A stretch of 64,000 nucleotides of DNA from Parcubacteria group bacterium GW2011_GWA1_40_21 (GCA_000996205.1 LBYO01000006.1:1969-65968), one strand, 5' to 3'; shown: positions 47,671 to 58,024, counted from the stretch's first letter. Notes: a model not told the origin generated them from the sequence alone. Program-made: numbers and translations.

Positions 47671-48063
47671 ATGATTTTCAATATGAAATTAGATTTAAAA
47701 CATTTTAAGGCAAAACTTGAAGAGGAGCAGGCAAAGCTGGAAGGCGAGCTTAAAACCGTAGGCAGAATAAACCCTTCCAATCCAAACGACTGGCAGGCAG
47801 TACCATCAGATATGGAAGCGGATGCCGCTGACAGGCTTGAAGTTGCCGAGTCAATTGATCAATTTGAAGAGAATACCGCTATTTTAAAAGAATTGGAAAT
47901 ACAGCTGAATGATGTAAAACATGCCCTGAAAAAGATTGATGATGGCACTTACGGTTTGTGCGAAGAGGATAAAAAACCAATACCAGCCAATAGACTAGAG
48001 GCAAATCCAGGCGCCAGAACCTGCATAGATCATGCAAGGCATACAAAAATTGACATAAGTTAA
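47671..48063 (+). CDS. DksA/TraR-family C4 zinc-finger protein
   Basis: Coiled-coil then C-terminal Cys4 finger (GTYGLCEEDKKPIPANRLEANPGARTCIDH). Confidence 0.7.
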   Translation: MIFNMKLDLKHFKAKLEEEQAKLEGELKTVGRINPSNPNDWQAVPSDMEADAADRLEVAESIDQFEENTAILKELEIQLNDVKHALKKIDDGTYGLCEEDKKPIPANRLEANPGARTCIDHARHTKIDIS

Positions 48064-48128
48064 TTTTTATTTAAATTCAGAACGGTTCTATTCATTCCGC
48101 GCGAACGGAAACCGTTTCAAAATAATCA

Positions 48129-49700
48129 ATGAGCTTCGCCAAAGTATACAGCGCCCAAGTTTCGTTGCTTAAGGCGCAAATAGTCCATATTGAAGTTGAT
48201 CTGTCTAAGGGACTGTATGCTTTTTCAGTAGTCGGATTGCCAGATAAAGCGGTGGAAGAATCAAGGGATAGAGTATCCGCCGCGATAAAAAATTCCGGTT
48301 TCAAATCTCCAAAGCAGAAAAATCAAAAAATCGTTATCGCGCTCGCGCCGGCCGACCTTAAAAAAGAAGGGCCGGTGTTTGATTTGGGAATGGCTTTGGC
48401 TTACCTTCTGGCTTCAGAGGAAATAAAATTCAATCCCTCCGGAAAAATATTCCTTGGCGAGCTGTCTTTGGACGGAGAAGTCCGCAAGATAAGCGGGGTC
48501 TTGGCGATTGCGGAAGAAGCCAAAAAACGCGGGTTTGAAGAAATATATTTGCCTAAAGAAAATGCCCGCGAAGCGGCGCTCATTGGCGGCATAAAAATTT
48601 TTGGAGTAAAAAATATTCAAGAAGTCATCGCTCACCTCAACGAAAAACAGGCAGACAACGAAGAAGATGAGCAAACGGAAATTAAAATTAAACTTAAGCC
48701 AGAACATCCCACCAGGATTGAGACTAAAGAGGAAGAATGCGAAATAGATTTTTCTGAAATAAAAGGACAGGAAATGGCGAAGAGGGGACTGGAAATTGCC
48801 GCCGCGGGCGGACACAATATCGCGATGTATGGTCCGCCCGGCACAGGAAAGACGATGCTCGCTAAAGCTTTCAGTCATATATTACCGCCTCTTTCGTTTG
48901 ACGAGGTGTTGGAAATCACAGCCATACATTCCATAGCCAGAACGCTTCAAGGAGATTTGGTCAGCAACCCTCCGATGAGGTCGCCCCACCACACTGCCTC
49001 TTATGTCTCAATGGTTGGCGGTGGCGCGGTGCCGAAGCCCGGGGAGGTGACATTGGCGCACAGGGGCGTTTTGTTTCTTGACGAATTCGCCGAGTTTGAC
49101 AGACGAGTCATAGAAACATTGAGACAGCCGCTTGAAGAAAGGGAGATAAATATTTCGCGGGCAAAAGGCTCATTTAGCTTTCCGGCAAATTTCATATTGA
49201 TTGCCGCGATGAACCCGTGTCCTTGCGGAAATTACGGAACAAAAGGGAAGGAATGCGTTTGCGCGCCGATAAATTTGGTGAAATATCAGAGAAAAATATC
49301 CGGACCGATAATAGACAGGATTGATATGTGGCTTGAAGTTTCAAAAGTAGACCATCAAAAACTTTCCGACAACAAAAGCGACGGCGACACGACAAAACAA
49401 ATAAAGAAGAGAGTGGTTGGAGCGAGAGAAATTCAGAAAAATAGATTTTCTGATTCAAAAAGAGGAATAAAAACGAACAGCGAAATGAACACGCGAGACC
49501 TCGGCAAAATTATAAATTTAAAAAAGGAAGTCAAAGAAATTTTGAACGCGTCGGCAGAAAAATTGGACTTATCGGCGCGAGCGTATCACCGCATCATCAA
49601 GCTTTCTCGCACCATAGCCGACCTTGCCGGGGCAGAGGAGATAGAAACCAATCACATTCTTGAAGCTCTTCAATATAGGCCAAAAAAGATGGCTGTTTAG
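48129..49700 (+). CDS. comM: YifB/ComM Mg-chelatase-like AAA+ ATPase
   Basis: N-terminal Lon-like domain, Walker A GPPGTGKT, sensor motifs, C-terminal domain. Confidence 0.9.
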   Translation: MSFAKVYSAQVSLLKAQIVHIEVDLSKGLYAFSVVGLPDKAVEESRDRVSAAIKNSGFKSPKQKNQKIVIALAPADLKKEGPVFDLGMALAYLLASEEIKFNPSGKIFLGELSLDGEVRKISGVLAIAEEAKKRGFEEIYLPKENAREAALIGGIKIFGVKNIQEVIAHLNEKQADNEEDEQTEIKIKLKPEHPTRIETKEEECEIDFSEIKGQEMAKRGLEIAAAGGHNIAMYGPPGTGKTMLAKAFSHILPPLSFDEVLEITAIHSIARTLQGDLVSNPPMRSPHHTASYVSMVGGGAVPKPGEVTLAHRGVLFLDEFAEFDRRVIETLRQPLEEREINISRAKGSFSFPANFILIAAMNPCPCGNYGTKGKECVCAPINLVKYQRKISGPIIDRIDMWLEVSKVDHQKLSDNKSDGDTTKQIKKRVVGAREIQKNRFSDSKRGIKTNSEMNTRDLGKIINLKKEVKEILNASAEKLDLSARAYHRIIKLSRTIADLAGAEEIETNHILEALQYRPKKMAV

Positions 49701-49813
49701 CACTGTTTAGCACTGTTGCAATATAAGATTAAGTACTGTAAGTTATTTGCAGATTGTTACCTAGAAGATCTTTTTAAATAAACGCACCTAACCTTCAAGA
49801 AAGGAATAAGGGA

Positions 49814-50163
49814 ATGAACATTAGTCTGGTTAAAGAATTTCCACATTTCTTATTTGCCTCTGATGCTGACAGATTCTTGCAAAATTTTAAAAATAACAAA
49901 GATATAGTCTCTCAGCTTAACAATCGCCGTATACATAAGGTAAAATTTGAGCAATTACTTAGTAGTGGCGGTTTAGGTATAGAAGAAGATGGTTCATTTT
50001 GATTTATCTGGAATACCGCCAATAGTGGTTTGCGGATTATCAGAACAAAATGAAGAAGATGTTGAAAAATTTTGTGACACATTTTCTGAATTATGGCTTG
50101 AACAAGTTGGTAAAGAGAATATTATTTGTCGTATTAAAAACGAACGGCAACTGCTATTCTAAA
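49814..50163 (+). CDS. Two overlapping small hypothetical ORFs (49814-50002 and 49990-50163), possibly one frameshifted gene
   Basis: 62-aa and 57-aa ORFs overlapping by 13 nt in different frames. Confidence 0.25.
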
Positions 50164-50215
50164 AAATGGAAATAGATTGTTTTTAATAGGGAAATATTTT
50201 TTAAGGAGAATGCCG

Positions 50216-50668
50216 ATGCGAAAAGACGGGGGAAATAAGGAAAATCATGTCCTAGTTGAGGATGTCGTCAGGAAGGCTACCGCAGACGGGGGAGTTACAA
50301 TCATAGCCGGGGCACTTGAACAGGGGTGCTTGATGACAAATCTGGCATTGCTGTTGGCGAGTTCAGAGAAAAAAGTTACTATAACTATAACCAAGGTGCC
50401 TTATGGGCCGGGAATTCCTGAAGAAGTCAGAAAGGGTTGGGTAGGAGCTATAATATCTGAGGCTCTTGGGCCATTTACGACTAGCGCATCACCGATAGTT
50501 AGTGAAAGTTCGGATAAGACGTTTTTTGTTAAAGGTTTTGCTGTTGAAACTTCTGTAGCATTGGAATCATTAAAAATTGTCAATGTGATGTCTTGGAAGT
50601 GGTTTTTAAACAGAAGACTTTCAGAATATCTATTTTTTAATGAGGAATGTTGCCGGATTATTACCTAA
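50216..50668 (+). CDS. Hypothetical protein
   Basis: SD aaggaga upstream of ATG; no domain recognised. Confidence 0.4.
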   Translation: MRKDGGNKENHVLVEDVVRKATADGGVTIIAGALEQGCLMTNLALLLASSEKKVTITITKVPYGPGIPEEVRKGWVGAIISEALGPFTTSASPIVSESSDKTFFVKGFAVETSVALESLKIVNVMSWKWFLNRRLSEYLFFNEECCRIIT

Positions 50669-50707
50669 GAACAGTTAATCTAAAAAAATATTTATCTCTT
50701 AAACGAA

Positions 50708-50735
50708 AAGGCGAGCTCTATGCTTCGCCTTTTTC
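50708..50735. terminator. Bidirectional hairpin terminator (aaaggcgagctctatgcttcgccttttt)
   Basis: 9-bp stem flanked by A-run and T-run between convergent genes. Confidence 0.6.
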
Positions 50736-50774
50736 TTATTAACTCTTCTCTTTTATATTTCCACAAATATATTA

Positions 50775-51764
50775 TTAAAACGGATTCTTGGCGCCACGGA
50801 CTTCAAAGTGGAGGTGGGGGCCGGTGGATCTGCCGGTGGAGCCGACATAGCCTATTATATCTCCCTGCGCGACATACTGGCCTTGATAAGAAATATTTTT
50901 GGACATATGCCCGTACACTGTTTGGGTTTTATTAGGATGTTCCATTACGACATATTGGCCGTAACCGCCGTTCCAGCCGTAATTCTTGGTTATTAAAATC
51001 ATACCCGAAGCGGATGCGTATATGGGAGTGCCTGTCGGCGCCGCCAGATCAACGCCATTATACCCGTGAAGCCCTTGACTCTTTCTTCCTCCTTCAATCG
51101 GACGAATATAATAACCCGCATAAGATGGACTGTTCGCGCCTCGTATCTTTTTATTGGATCCTTTCGGGCTGGCGGCGGTTGGCTCTATTCTTCCGTTTGG
51201 AATGATTATCGTGTCGCCGACGGCAAGTGATGAGTCAGCGTTTAAGTTGTTGTACTGGAGAACTTCTTCAAGATCACCTTTATATTTTGCCACTATTTTC
51301 TTAATACTGTCTCCCGACTTTACCGTATACTTAACCCCCGAAATCGGAAGAATGATAAGAGTTTGTCCTTCTTTGATATATGAACCGCTTTTAAGGTCGT
51401 TAGCCCACTCAATGGTGCCCGCAGAGACATTAAACATTTTTGCGATTGAAGATATTGAATCGCCTTTCTGCGCTATATAGGTGCTTATCATTCCGTCAGA
51501 ACTGCCTTCTTCTATGTCGGCGGCAGTGCCGGAAGGGCCGGTTTCAGAAAGCAAAGCTTCGTCTTCAACTATGGTAATGTCTCCGCCTCCTTTTGCCGCA
51601 TTAGGGTCGGAATTCGGCACAGCTTGGAGCAGGGATATATTTTGAGAATTGGTTTCCGCCAGCAATACTTCTTGTTTAATGTCTTCGTCAGAAAATATGT
51701 TTGAAAAAAAAGAAATCACGCTCGCGTCAGCCGTCGCGGGGAAGCTAAACAGCGCCAAACTCAA
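50775..51764 (-). CDS. LysM-domain M23-family peptidoglycan endopeptidase
   Basis: Two LysM repeats (YIAQKGDSISSIAKMF..., YTVKSGDSIKKIVAKY...), M23 HxH (GPHLHFEV); annotated TTG start; frame stays open about 200 nt upstream without ATG, so true start uncertain. Confidence 0.75.
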   Translation of the reverse strand: MSLALFSFPATADASVISFFSNIFSDEDIKQEVLLAETNSQNISLLQAVPNSDPNAAKGGGDITIVEDEALLSETGPSGTAADIEEGSSDGMISTYIAQKGDSISSIAKMFNVSAGTIEWANDLKSGSYIKEGQTLIILPISGVKYTVKSGDSIKKIVAKYKGDLEEVLQYNNLNADSSLAVGDTIIIPNGRIEPTAASPKGSNKKIRGANSPSYAGYYIRPIEGGRKSQGLHGYNGVDLAAPTGTPIYASASGMILITKNYGWNGGYGQYVVMEHPNKTQTVYGHMSKNISYQGQYVAQGDIIGYVGSTGRSTGPHLHFEVRGAKNPF

Positions 51765-52030
51765 AACAAGCCTTGTGTATAAAAGGCCTAAAAATAACGA
51801 TTTTATCGTCCGATTCGCTCGTTTTACTGAAAAATGCGAATCAGAGTCTTGTGGTTGTAGTAAAATAAGCTTAATTTCATTAAAGTTATTGCAGTCTTTC
51901 TGGGAAATGGCTTTATTGAGCCATTTTCTGCCAAAATCTGGCAGAAAAGAATGAAAAATCCGTAAATTCAGACTAGATACTCAATATAGCTTTTAGACAG
52001 AGGAAGTCAACGAAGAAAAACGGCACCTGT

Positions 52031-52180
52031 GGATAACTTTTCGCTCGCATTCTCTTTTAAAAAGCACGAATATTTTCCTGCTGGAAAATTTTTCTGCTCG
52101 TCAATCAAGAAAATAATCAACTTAAGAAAGTTGTCATTTTCTAATTGACTGCGCAAGGCTTTTAAAAAGAGAATGCTCGC
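52031..52180. mobile_element. MITE-like roughly 145-bp element, copy 2
   Basis: See copy 1 (39973-40112); intact terminal inverted repeats tcgctcgcattctcttttaaaaag / cttttaaaaagagaatgctcgc. Confidence 0.5.
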
Positions 52181-52263
52181 TTTTGGCGGTGGAGAATATT
52201 TCTGTTTCCTACAACCTACCACCTAAAACCTACAACCTTCTTCTTGTGTGGTATAGTTTTCCG

Positions 52264-54273
52264 ATGGATTATTTAAAAGACCTGAATGAGAAACAAAAAG
52301 AAACTGTTTTGCATAAAGACGGTCCGCTTCTTATTCTTGCAGGAGCAGGCTCGGGGAAGACGAAAACGATTACTCACAGAATTTTCCATCTTGTGAGCGA
52401 AGGTGTTTCTCCTCGCCAAATTTTGGCAATCACTTTTACCAACAAAGCGGCGAAAGAAATGAGGGAGAGGGTGCTTGATTTGCTTAAAAAACTTCCAGGA
52501 GCTTTGCCGGCTATCCAAGTTGGCGCGAACAACGAAATCAGTAAAAATTTCCAATTTCCAATTTCCAATTTCCAAAAAGATGAAATCCCGTTCGTAAGCA
52601 CTTTTCATTCTCTGGGCGTCCGGATTATCAAAGAAAATTCCAAAGAGCTTGGAATTCCTCGCCATTTTACTATTTTTGACAAAGGAGATTCGCTGAAAGC
52701 CGTTAAAGAAATACTGAAAGAGCTGGACATTGATTCCAAGCAATTTGAACCGTCAAAAATTTTGGGAATAATTTCCAGGGAAAAAGGCGCTCTGACAACC
52801 GCCGAGAATTATTTAGAAAAAGCGGGCGCTTTCAAGGGCTACTCTCTGAACAAAGTGGTATCCGATGTTTGGACGCTTTATGAAAAAAGATTGGGGCAAG
52901 AGAAATCTCTGGATTTTGATGACCTTTTGCTGAAGACATACCGACTTCTTCGCAAAAGCAAGGAAATTTTGGATTATTACCAAAATTTATGGCAATACAT
53001 TCACATTGACGAATATCAGGACACGAACAAAGCTCAATATGAAATAATAAAACTTCTTGCGGCAAAAAACAGGAACATCTGCGCCGTCGGCGACATTGAT
53101 CAGAATATCTACAGCTGGAGAGGCGCTGACATCCAAAATATTCTGAATTTTGAAAAAGATTATCCCGAGGCGAAAGCAGTAATTTTGGAGGAAAATTATC
53201 GCTCAACCCAGACGATACTCGCGGTGGCGAACGGCATCATAGAGAAGAACACAATGCGAAGAAAGAAAAATTTGTTCACCAAAAATCAAGAGGGCGACAA
53301 GGTGACTCTATTTGAAGCTCATAATGAAAACGAAGAGGCGCGCTTCATCGCGGAGAAAGTCAAACGACTTATCGCGGACGGAGTCGCCCCAAAAGAAATC
53401 GCCATTCTTTACAGGGCCAATTTTCAATCCAGAGTCATTGAAGAAGCTTTTTTAACTCTCAATCTTCCTTATCAGCTTCTCGGCGTCAAATTTTTTGAGA
53501 GAAAAGAAGTTAAAGACACGCTTTCTTATCTGCGCGCCGCGCTAAACAGAGACAGCTTGAGCGACATCAAAAGGGTGATAAATTTTCCGACGAGAGGGCT
53601 GGGAAAAGTGACGCTCGCCAAGGTATTCGCCGGCAGAGAGGCGGAACTGCCAGCCGGAACCAAAGCTAAGGTGGCGAATTTTTACGGTCTTTTGGATAAA
53701 ATAAAAGAAAATGTTTTATCCTTAAAACCTTCGGAGCTTGTGCGGTTTATTGTCAAAGAAAGCGGGATTGAAACTGAACTGAAAGACGGAAGCGATGACG
53801 ACAAAGAAAGACTGGAAAACATAATGGAACTCGCTACTATGGCGAAGAAATACGATTATCTGCCGTACGGAGAAGGTGTTGAAAAGCTGATTGAAGAATC
53901 GGCTTTGTCTACCGACCAAGACTCTCTTGAAAAAGAAAGCGGAGCGGTCAAAATGATGACTGTTCACGCTTCAAAAGGTCTTGAATTTGATTATATTTTC
54001 ATTTCCGGTCTTGAAGAAGATCTTTTCCCGCACCAAAGAATCGGTGGCGGCGCGAAAAGCATTGAGGACTCGGAGGAAGAACGGCGCTTGTTTTATGTCG
54101 CCATAACGAGAGCCAAGAAAAAACTTTTTCTTTCTTACGCGAGGTCAAGAACGATTTTCGGCTCGCTTCAGATCAACAGTCCGTCCCAATTTATCTCCGA
54201 CATAGAACCTGAATTTCTGGAGGAAGAAAAAAGTTTTGAGTATCGAGAAAAAATAATTTATATGGATTTGTGA
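52264..54273 (+). CDS. pcrA: ATP-dependent DNA helicase PcrA/UvrD-family, with in-frame heptamer-repeat insertion
   Basis: GAGSGKT Walker A, TFHS, DEYQDTN, VGDIDQNIYSWRGA, TVHASKGLEFD, VAITRAK motifs; start moved to Met at 52264 (track ORF start overlaps repeat array). Confidence 0.9.
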   Translation: MDYLKDLNEKQKETVLHKDGPLLILAGAGSGKTKTITHRIFHLVSEGVSPRQILAITFTNKAAKEMRERVLDLLKKLPGALPAIQVGANNEISKNFQFPISNFQKDEIPFVSTFHSLGVRIIKENSKELGIPRHFTIFDKGDSLKAVKEILKELDIDSKQFEPSKILGIISREKGALTTAENYLEKAGAFKGYSLNKVVSDVWTLYEKRLGQEKSLDFDDLLLKTYRLLRKSKEILDYYQNLWQYIHIDEYQDTNKAQYEIIKLLAAKNRNICAVGDIDQNIYSWRGADIQNILNFEKDYPEAKAVILEENYRSTQTILAVANGIIEKNTMRRKKNLFTKNQEGDKVTLFEAHNENEEARFIAEKVKRLIADGVAPKEIAILYRANFQSRVIEEAFLTLNLPYQLLGVKFFERKEVKDTLSYLRAALNRDSLSDIKRVINFPTRGLGKVTLAKVFAGREAELPAGTKAKVANFYGLLDKIKENVLSLKPSELVRFIVKESGIETELKDGSDDDKERLENIMELATMAKKYDYLPYGEGVEKLIEESALSTDQDSLEKESGAVKMMTVHASKGLEFDYIFISGLEEDLFPHQRIGGGAKSIEDSEEERRLFYVAITRAKKKLFLSYARSRTIFGSLQINSPSQFISDIEPEFLEEEKSFEYREKIIYMDL

Positions 54274-54355
54274 TACGAAGAAGGTTGTAGGCGTTAGGTT
54301 GTAGGTTGTAGGTTGTAGGAAGAAAAAGTCAAAGTCATTTCTAAAAATAAATATT

Positions 54356-55249
54356 ATGAACAACTTTTCAAATTTAAAAGCTAAAAAATCGCTCGGGCAA
54401 AATTTTTTGAAATCAAAAAATGCCATTTTTGCGATGATTAAAGCAGGAGATGTGAGTGAGAATGATATCGTGCTGGAAGCCGGTCCGGGCAAAGGCGTCC
54501 TCACGGAAGAATTGCTCAAAAAAGCCGGCAAGGTCATTGCCGTTGAAAAAGACGATATGCTGGTAGAATTCCTCCGCGATAAATTTAAACTAGAAATAGA
54601 AAGTGGGAAACTAGAACTCGTTCACGGCGACATCTTGGAGTTTAATCCCGCAACCTACCACCTACCACCTACCACCTACAACCTTCCCCTCACAACCTAC
54701 AACCTTCAACCTACAACCTTCCCCTCACAACCTACAACCTTCAAACTTATCGCCAACATCCCTTATCACATCACCGGCCAATTTTTAAGAAAATTTCTGT
54801 CCGGCGACATTCAGCCTTCCAAAATGGTGATTCTCCTTCAAAAAGAAGTGATGGAAAGAATTATGGCGAATGACGGCAAAGAAAGCATACTTTCCATAAG
54901 CGTAAAAGCTTATGGCCGACCGAAAAATATCGGCAAAGTTTCCAAAGAAAACTTTTCTCCGAAGCCAAAAGTTGACTCGGCGATACTTCTCATAGACAAT
55001 ATCTCGCGCGATTTTTTCACTTCGTCTGTCCAAAATAACGAAGATAAATTTTTCCAGATTGTTAAAGCCGGTTTTGCTCACAAAAGAAAAATGCTGGCTG
55101 GAAACTTAGAACATTCCAAGGACTCCCTTTGGAAAGGGAGAAACCGAGAGGAAATTGAAAAGATTTTTGAAACTTGCAAAATACCGCCGAAATCCAGAGC
55201 GGAGGATATAAAACTGGAACAGTGGAAGCGCTTAAGTTCCATGCTTTAA
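54356..55249 (+). CDS. rsmA: 16S rRNA adenine dimethyltransferase RsmA/KsgA with roughly 30-aa repeat-encoded insertion
   Basis: LGQNFL, EAGPGKGVLT SAM motif, NIPYHIT; insertion 54649-54745. Confidence 0.9.
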   Translation: MNNFSNLKAKKSLGQNFLKSKNAIFAMIKAGDVSENDIVLEAGPGKGVLTEELLKKAGKVIAVEKDDMLVEFLRDKFKLEIESGKLELVHGDILEFNPATYHLPPTTYNLPLTTYNLQPTTFPSQPTTFKLIANIPYHITGQFLRKFLSGDIQPSKMVILLQKEVMERIMANDGKESILSISVKAYGRPKNIGKVSKENFSPKPKVDSAILLIDNISRDFFTSSVQNNEDKFFQIVKAGFAHKRKMLAGNLEHSKDSLWKGRNREEIEKIFETCKIPPKSRAEDIKLEQWKRLSSML

Positions 55250-55386
55250 GCCATTTAGCCAAAACCGACATGCAATGTCGGTTTTGGCTTTACTGTTGGA
55301 AATGTACTTGGAAACGAAACATCCAAGTAAAGTGCGAAATTTGGCAGTCGGAGTACCAAGCGCAAAGTGAATGAAACGGCAGGCAG

Positions 55387-55785
55387 TTAAGGCAAACCTG
55401 TTCCGACTTTATTCATAAGACCATAATTCGGCATAAGAACACAGGCTGTGCCCACATACTGCCAACAAACTTGAGGAGCCGCGGGAACATAGGAGCCTAA
55501 ATGCCAAGTGGCTGGAATGCCAATTGCAAAATCGCCATACAGAGTAGTATAGCCCGGCTGATAAACAAGAGCGCCGGTCTTAGGCAAAGGCAACGGAGAT
55601 AAAGGAGCAAACCATATCCATAAATTAGCGCTGCAAGTGCAAGGCAATGTAAAAATAACAAACCCGCCGAAAGGTAGCCCTGGCACCGCAGTCCCCGCTC
55701 CAATAGCAAACAAATTAACAGGTATTACCCACAGAAGAATCATTAATAAAATCAAAAATTTTTTCGTAAAAAAATTATATATCAT
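55387..55785 (-). CDS. Hypothetical secreted/membrane Cys-containing small protein
   Basis: N-terminal hydrophobic signal; Pro/Gly-rich. Confidence 0.4.
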   Translation of the reverse strand: MIYNFFTKKFLILLMILLWVIPVNLFAIGAGTAVPGLPFGGFVIFTLPCTCSANLWIWFAPLSPLPLPKTGALVYQPGYTTLYGDFAIGIPATWHLGSYVPAAPQVCWQYVGTACVLMPNYGLMNKVGTGLP

Positions 55786-56906
55786 TAAAATTTAATTTTA
55801 AAACTCGCTGGTTCTTTATTATAACCGTTCTCGTTCACAACATAAAACGAAACCTCTATCGGCATATTTTTCGCGCTTTTTTCGTTATTCATTTTTGCCA
55901 TTTGTTGCATTGCTGACGCTTTGAATTTTAGAGTTTTGCCGTCAAGCGAGGGTATATTCATTATGTTTCCGAACATTGAATATATGCTGTTTCCGCTTGC
56001 AGTAAAGCCTTTGCCTGAAACCGTTATTTCACTGTCAATGGTCGCCTCCGATGGCTCAACTTTTCCCACAACAGGCCTTTCTGACGGACTGTCCGTGACC
56101 TCAATATATATTTTTATGGTTTCGCTTTTACTGTTTCCGTTCCCGTTTGTCACCCAAATGCTGTATTCCCCGAGTGTCAAATCTTTCGGAACAATAAATG
56201 ATATTTTGGTTCCATTTTCACTGGCGGAAAGATCAGGAACGGAATTATTTTCCCCAAGATGAACAGTGTTTGATTTCGGGGTAAATCCTTCTCCTTCCAA
56301 AATGACAGTTTTGCCGGGCGACACTTGATACTCCGAAGTGGAGTAAGCTCTGACAATAGTGGAATTTTCAGATGAAGATGAAGAACTTTTTACCACTGAC
56401 AATTTTTTGGCTTCTGAACTATTGCTTTTGCTTGAATTCTGACTAGACTGGCTGGATTTTGAAGAATATTTTGACAAAGAACTGCTATTCGCGACAACAG
56501 ATTTTGAGGAGCTTTTGTTGTCGGCTTCCAGTAAATAATTCAGCTTTAACCGCGTTGCCACACCCACAAAACCCGTGCCTGATTTTAGCCCGAATGACTG
56601 CAAAACATCAGAAGCGTACATTTCTTGAAATTTTATAACCGCATTCTTGGTTAGTTGGCCGAAATAAGCGGTTTCATTGCCAGAAGATCCAGTGCCAGAA
56701 GAAGAAATTTTCGTAGCAGGATTTTTGTTTAAAAATTTCTGCAAAAATCTAACATCTTCATTATTATCCCCGATTTTAAGGTCTTTGTTAAAAATTTTAA
56801 CACCCTCTTCCGCTGAAACAAGCTGGAGTTCAAAAGCAAAAAGCTCCAGAGAAAAAAGAAGTGGGAAAATTAAGCCTAAAAACAAAAATTTTTTATAATT
56901 ATGCAC
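55785..56906 (-). CDS. Secreted protein with peptidoglycan-binding-like domain, Ser-rich linker and C-terminal Ig-like domains
   Basis: Signal peptide; LKIGDNNEDVRFLQKFLN...TAYFGQLTKNAVIKFQ PG_binding_1-like; poly-Ser linker. Confidence 0.5.
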   Translation of the reverse strand: MHNYKKFLFLGLIFPLLFSLELFAFELQLVSAEEGVKIFNKDLKIGDNNEDVRFLQKFLNKNPATKISSSGTGSSGNETAYFGQLTKNAVIKFQEMYASDVLQSFGLKSGTGFVGVATRLKLNYLLEADNKSSSKSVVANSSSLSKYSSKSSQSSQNSSKSNSSEAKKLSVVKSSSSSSENSTIVRAYSTSEYQVSPGKTVILEGEGFTPKSNTVHLGENNSVPDLSASENGTKISFIVPKDLTLGEYSIWVTNGNGNSKSETIKIYIEVTDSPSERPVVGKVEPSEATIDSEITVSGKGFTASGNSIYSMFGNIMNIPSLDGKTLKFKASAMQQMAKMNNEKSAKNMPIEVSFYVVNENGYNKEPASFKIKF

Positions 56907-57061
56907 GATAGAAATTTTATCTAAGTATTATATATCAGCATTATTCAAACAAAAAATGAAGTGTAAAGACAGCTGTGAGACTATCCACAGAAATTGACCC
57001 CGCTTGCTGTCTAGTAAACCTTTTCTTTGGTATAATTTCATTAAGTTTCATTTAGAATAAT

Positions 57062-58024
57062 TTGAAATCGCGATCTAAAAAAATAATTTTATTATTTTTG
57101 ACTTTTTCCGCGCTGGGAGGGGTTTCTTTTCTGTTGCTCAAACCTAAAAAAGAAGTGGCGACAAAGGTCGTGTCGGAAGTCAAAGTGATAAAAAATCCGG
57201 TGGAAGTTTTAGATATTGATTCCGATGCCGACGGGCTGAAAGATTGGGAAGAAACCTTGTGGAAGCTTGACCCAAAGAATCCCGACACGGACGGCAATGG
57301 CATACCGGACGCGGAAGAAGTCAAAAAGAAAATGGCGGAGATTGACTCAAAGGGCGAAATGGAAAGTTCAGGCGATGGCGCCGCGGAAAGCGAATCCTAC
57401 ACGACCGATACGGAAACGGATGTTTTAAGCAAGAAGCTTTTTGCCGAATATATAAATTTGAAACAATCGGGAAATTTCAACGAGGAGGCGGTGATAGCCA
57501 CAGTGAACAACTTGGTAGCCGAAGAAATTCAAAACAAAAAAGATACTCAGTATTATTTTCTAAAAAATATAAAAACTTTTTCCCCCGAAAACAAAACACT
57601 GTTAAAGTCTTACGGAAATTCTTTCGCTTCAATCCGAACCAAATACAAAAATCAGTATATTCAAAACCCATTGGTGAAAGAAGGAGGGGTTGCCAATTTG
57701 CTTGATCCGGAATTTCTTCAGGGATTGGTCAGAACTTCAGAAGTTTACAGAAATATGGCCGTAGAATTGTCAAAAATCGCGGCACCGAAAGGCCTGACTG
57801 ATACTCATTTGGAAATTCTGAATAATTATATGGCGAGCTCGGACGGACTCAAGGAATTAAGCGCGCTATCAACTGATCCTGTCTTGGGAATGATAGGGAC
57901 ACAGAGGCACATTGAAGCCGAAGGAAAAGAAAAAAACTTGTTAAGCGATGTGGCTGAATATCTGTCTGAAAACGGCATAATTTTCTCCGGAAACGAAGCC
58001 GGAAATATGTGGAACAATATATGA
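57062..58024 (+). CDS. Hypothetical secreted protein with Asp-rich calcium-binding-like repeats
   Basis: Signal anchor; DSDADGLKDWEE...DPKNPDTDGNGIPD. Confidence 0.45.
   Translation: MKSRSKKIILLFLTFSALGGVSFLLLKPKKEVATKVVSEVKVIKNPVEVLDIDSDADGLKDWEETLWKLDPKNPDTDGNGIPDAEEVKKKMAEIDSKGEMESSGDGAAESESYTTDTETDVLSKKLFAEYINLKQSGNFNEEAVIATVNNLVAEEIQNKKDTQYYFLKNIKTFSPENKTLLKSYGNSFASIRTKYKNQYIQNPLVKEGGVANLLDPEFLQGLVRTSEVYRNMAVELSKIAAPKGLTDTHLEILNNYMASSDGLKELSALSTDPVLGMIGTQRHIEAEGKEKNLLSDVAEYLSENGIIFSGNEAGNMWNNI

Noticed and set aside
50775-51975. Longer N-terminal extension of the LysM/M23 peptidase (signal-peptide-like KRANRTIKSLFLGLLYTRLVLSLALFSF in the open upstream frame)
   Set aside because: The frame is open to 51975 but contains no ATG/GTG before the annotated TTG. 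It is plausible biologically, but a start codon cannot be assigned from sequence alone. The annotated start is kept with a note.
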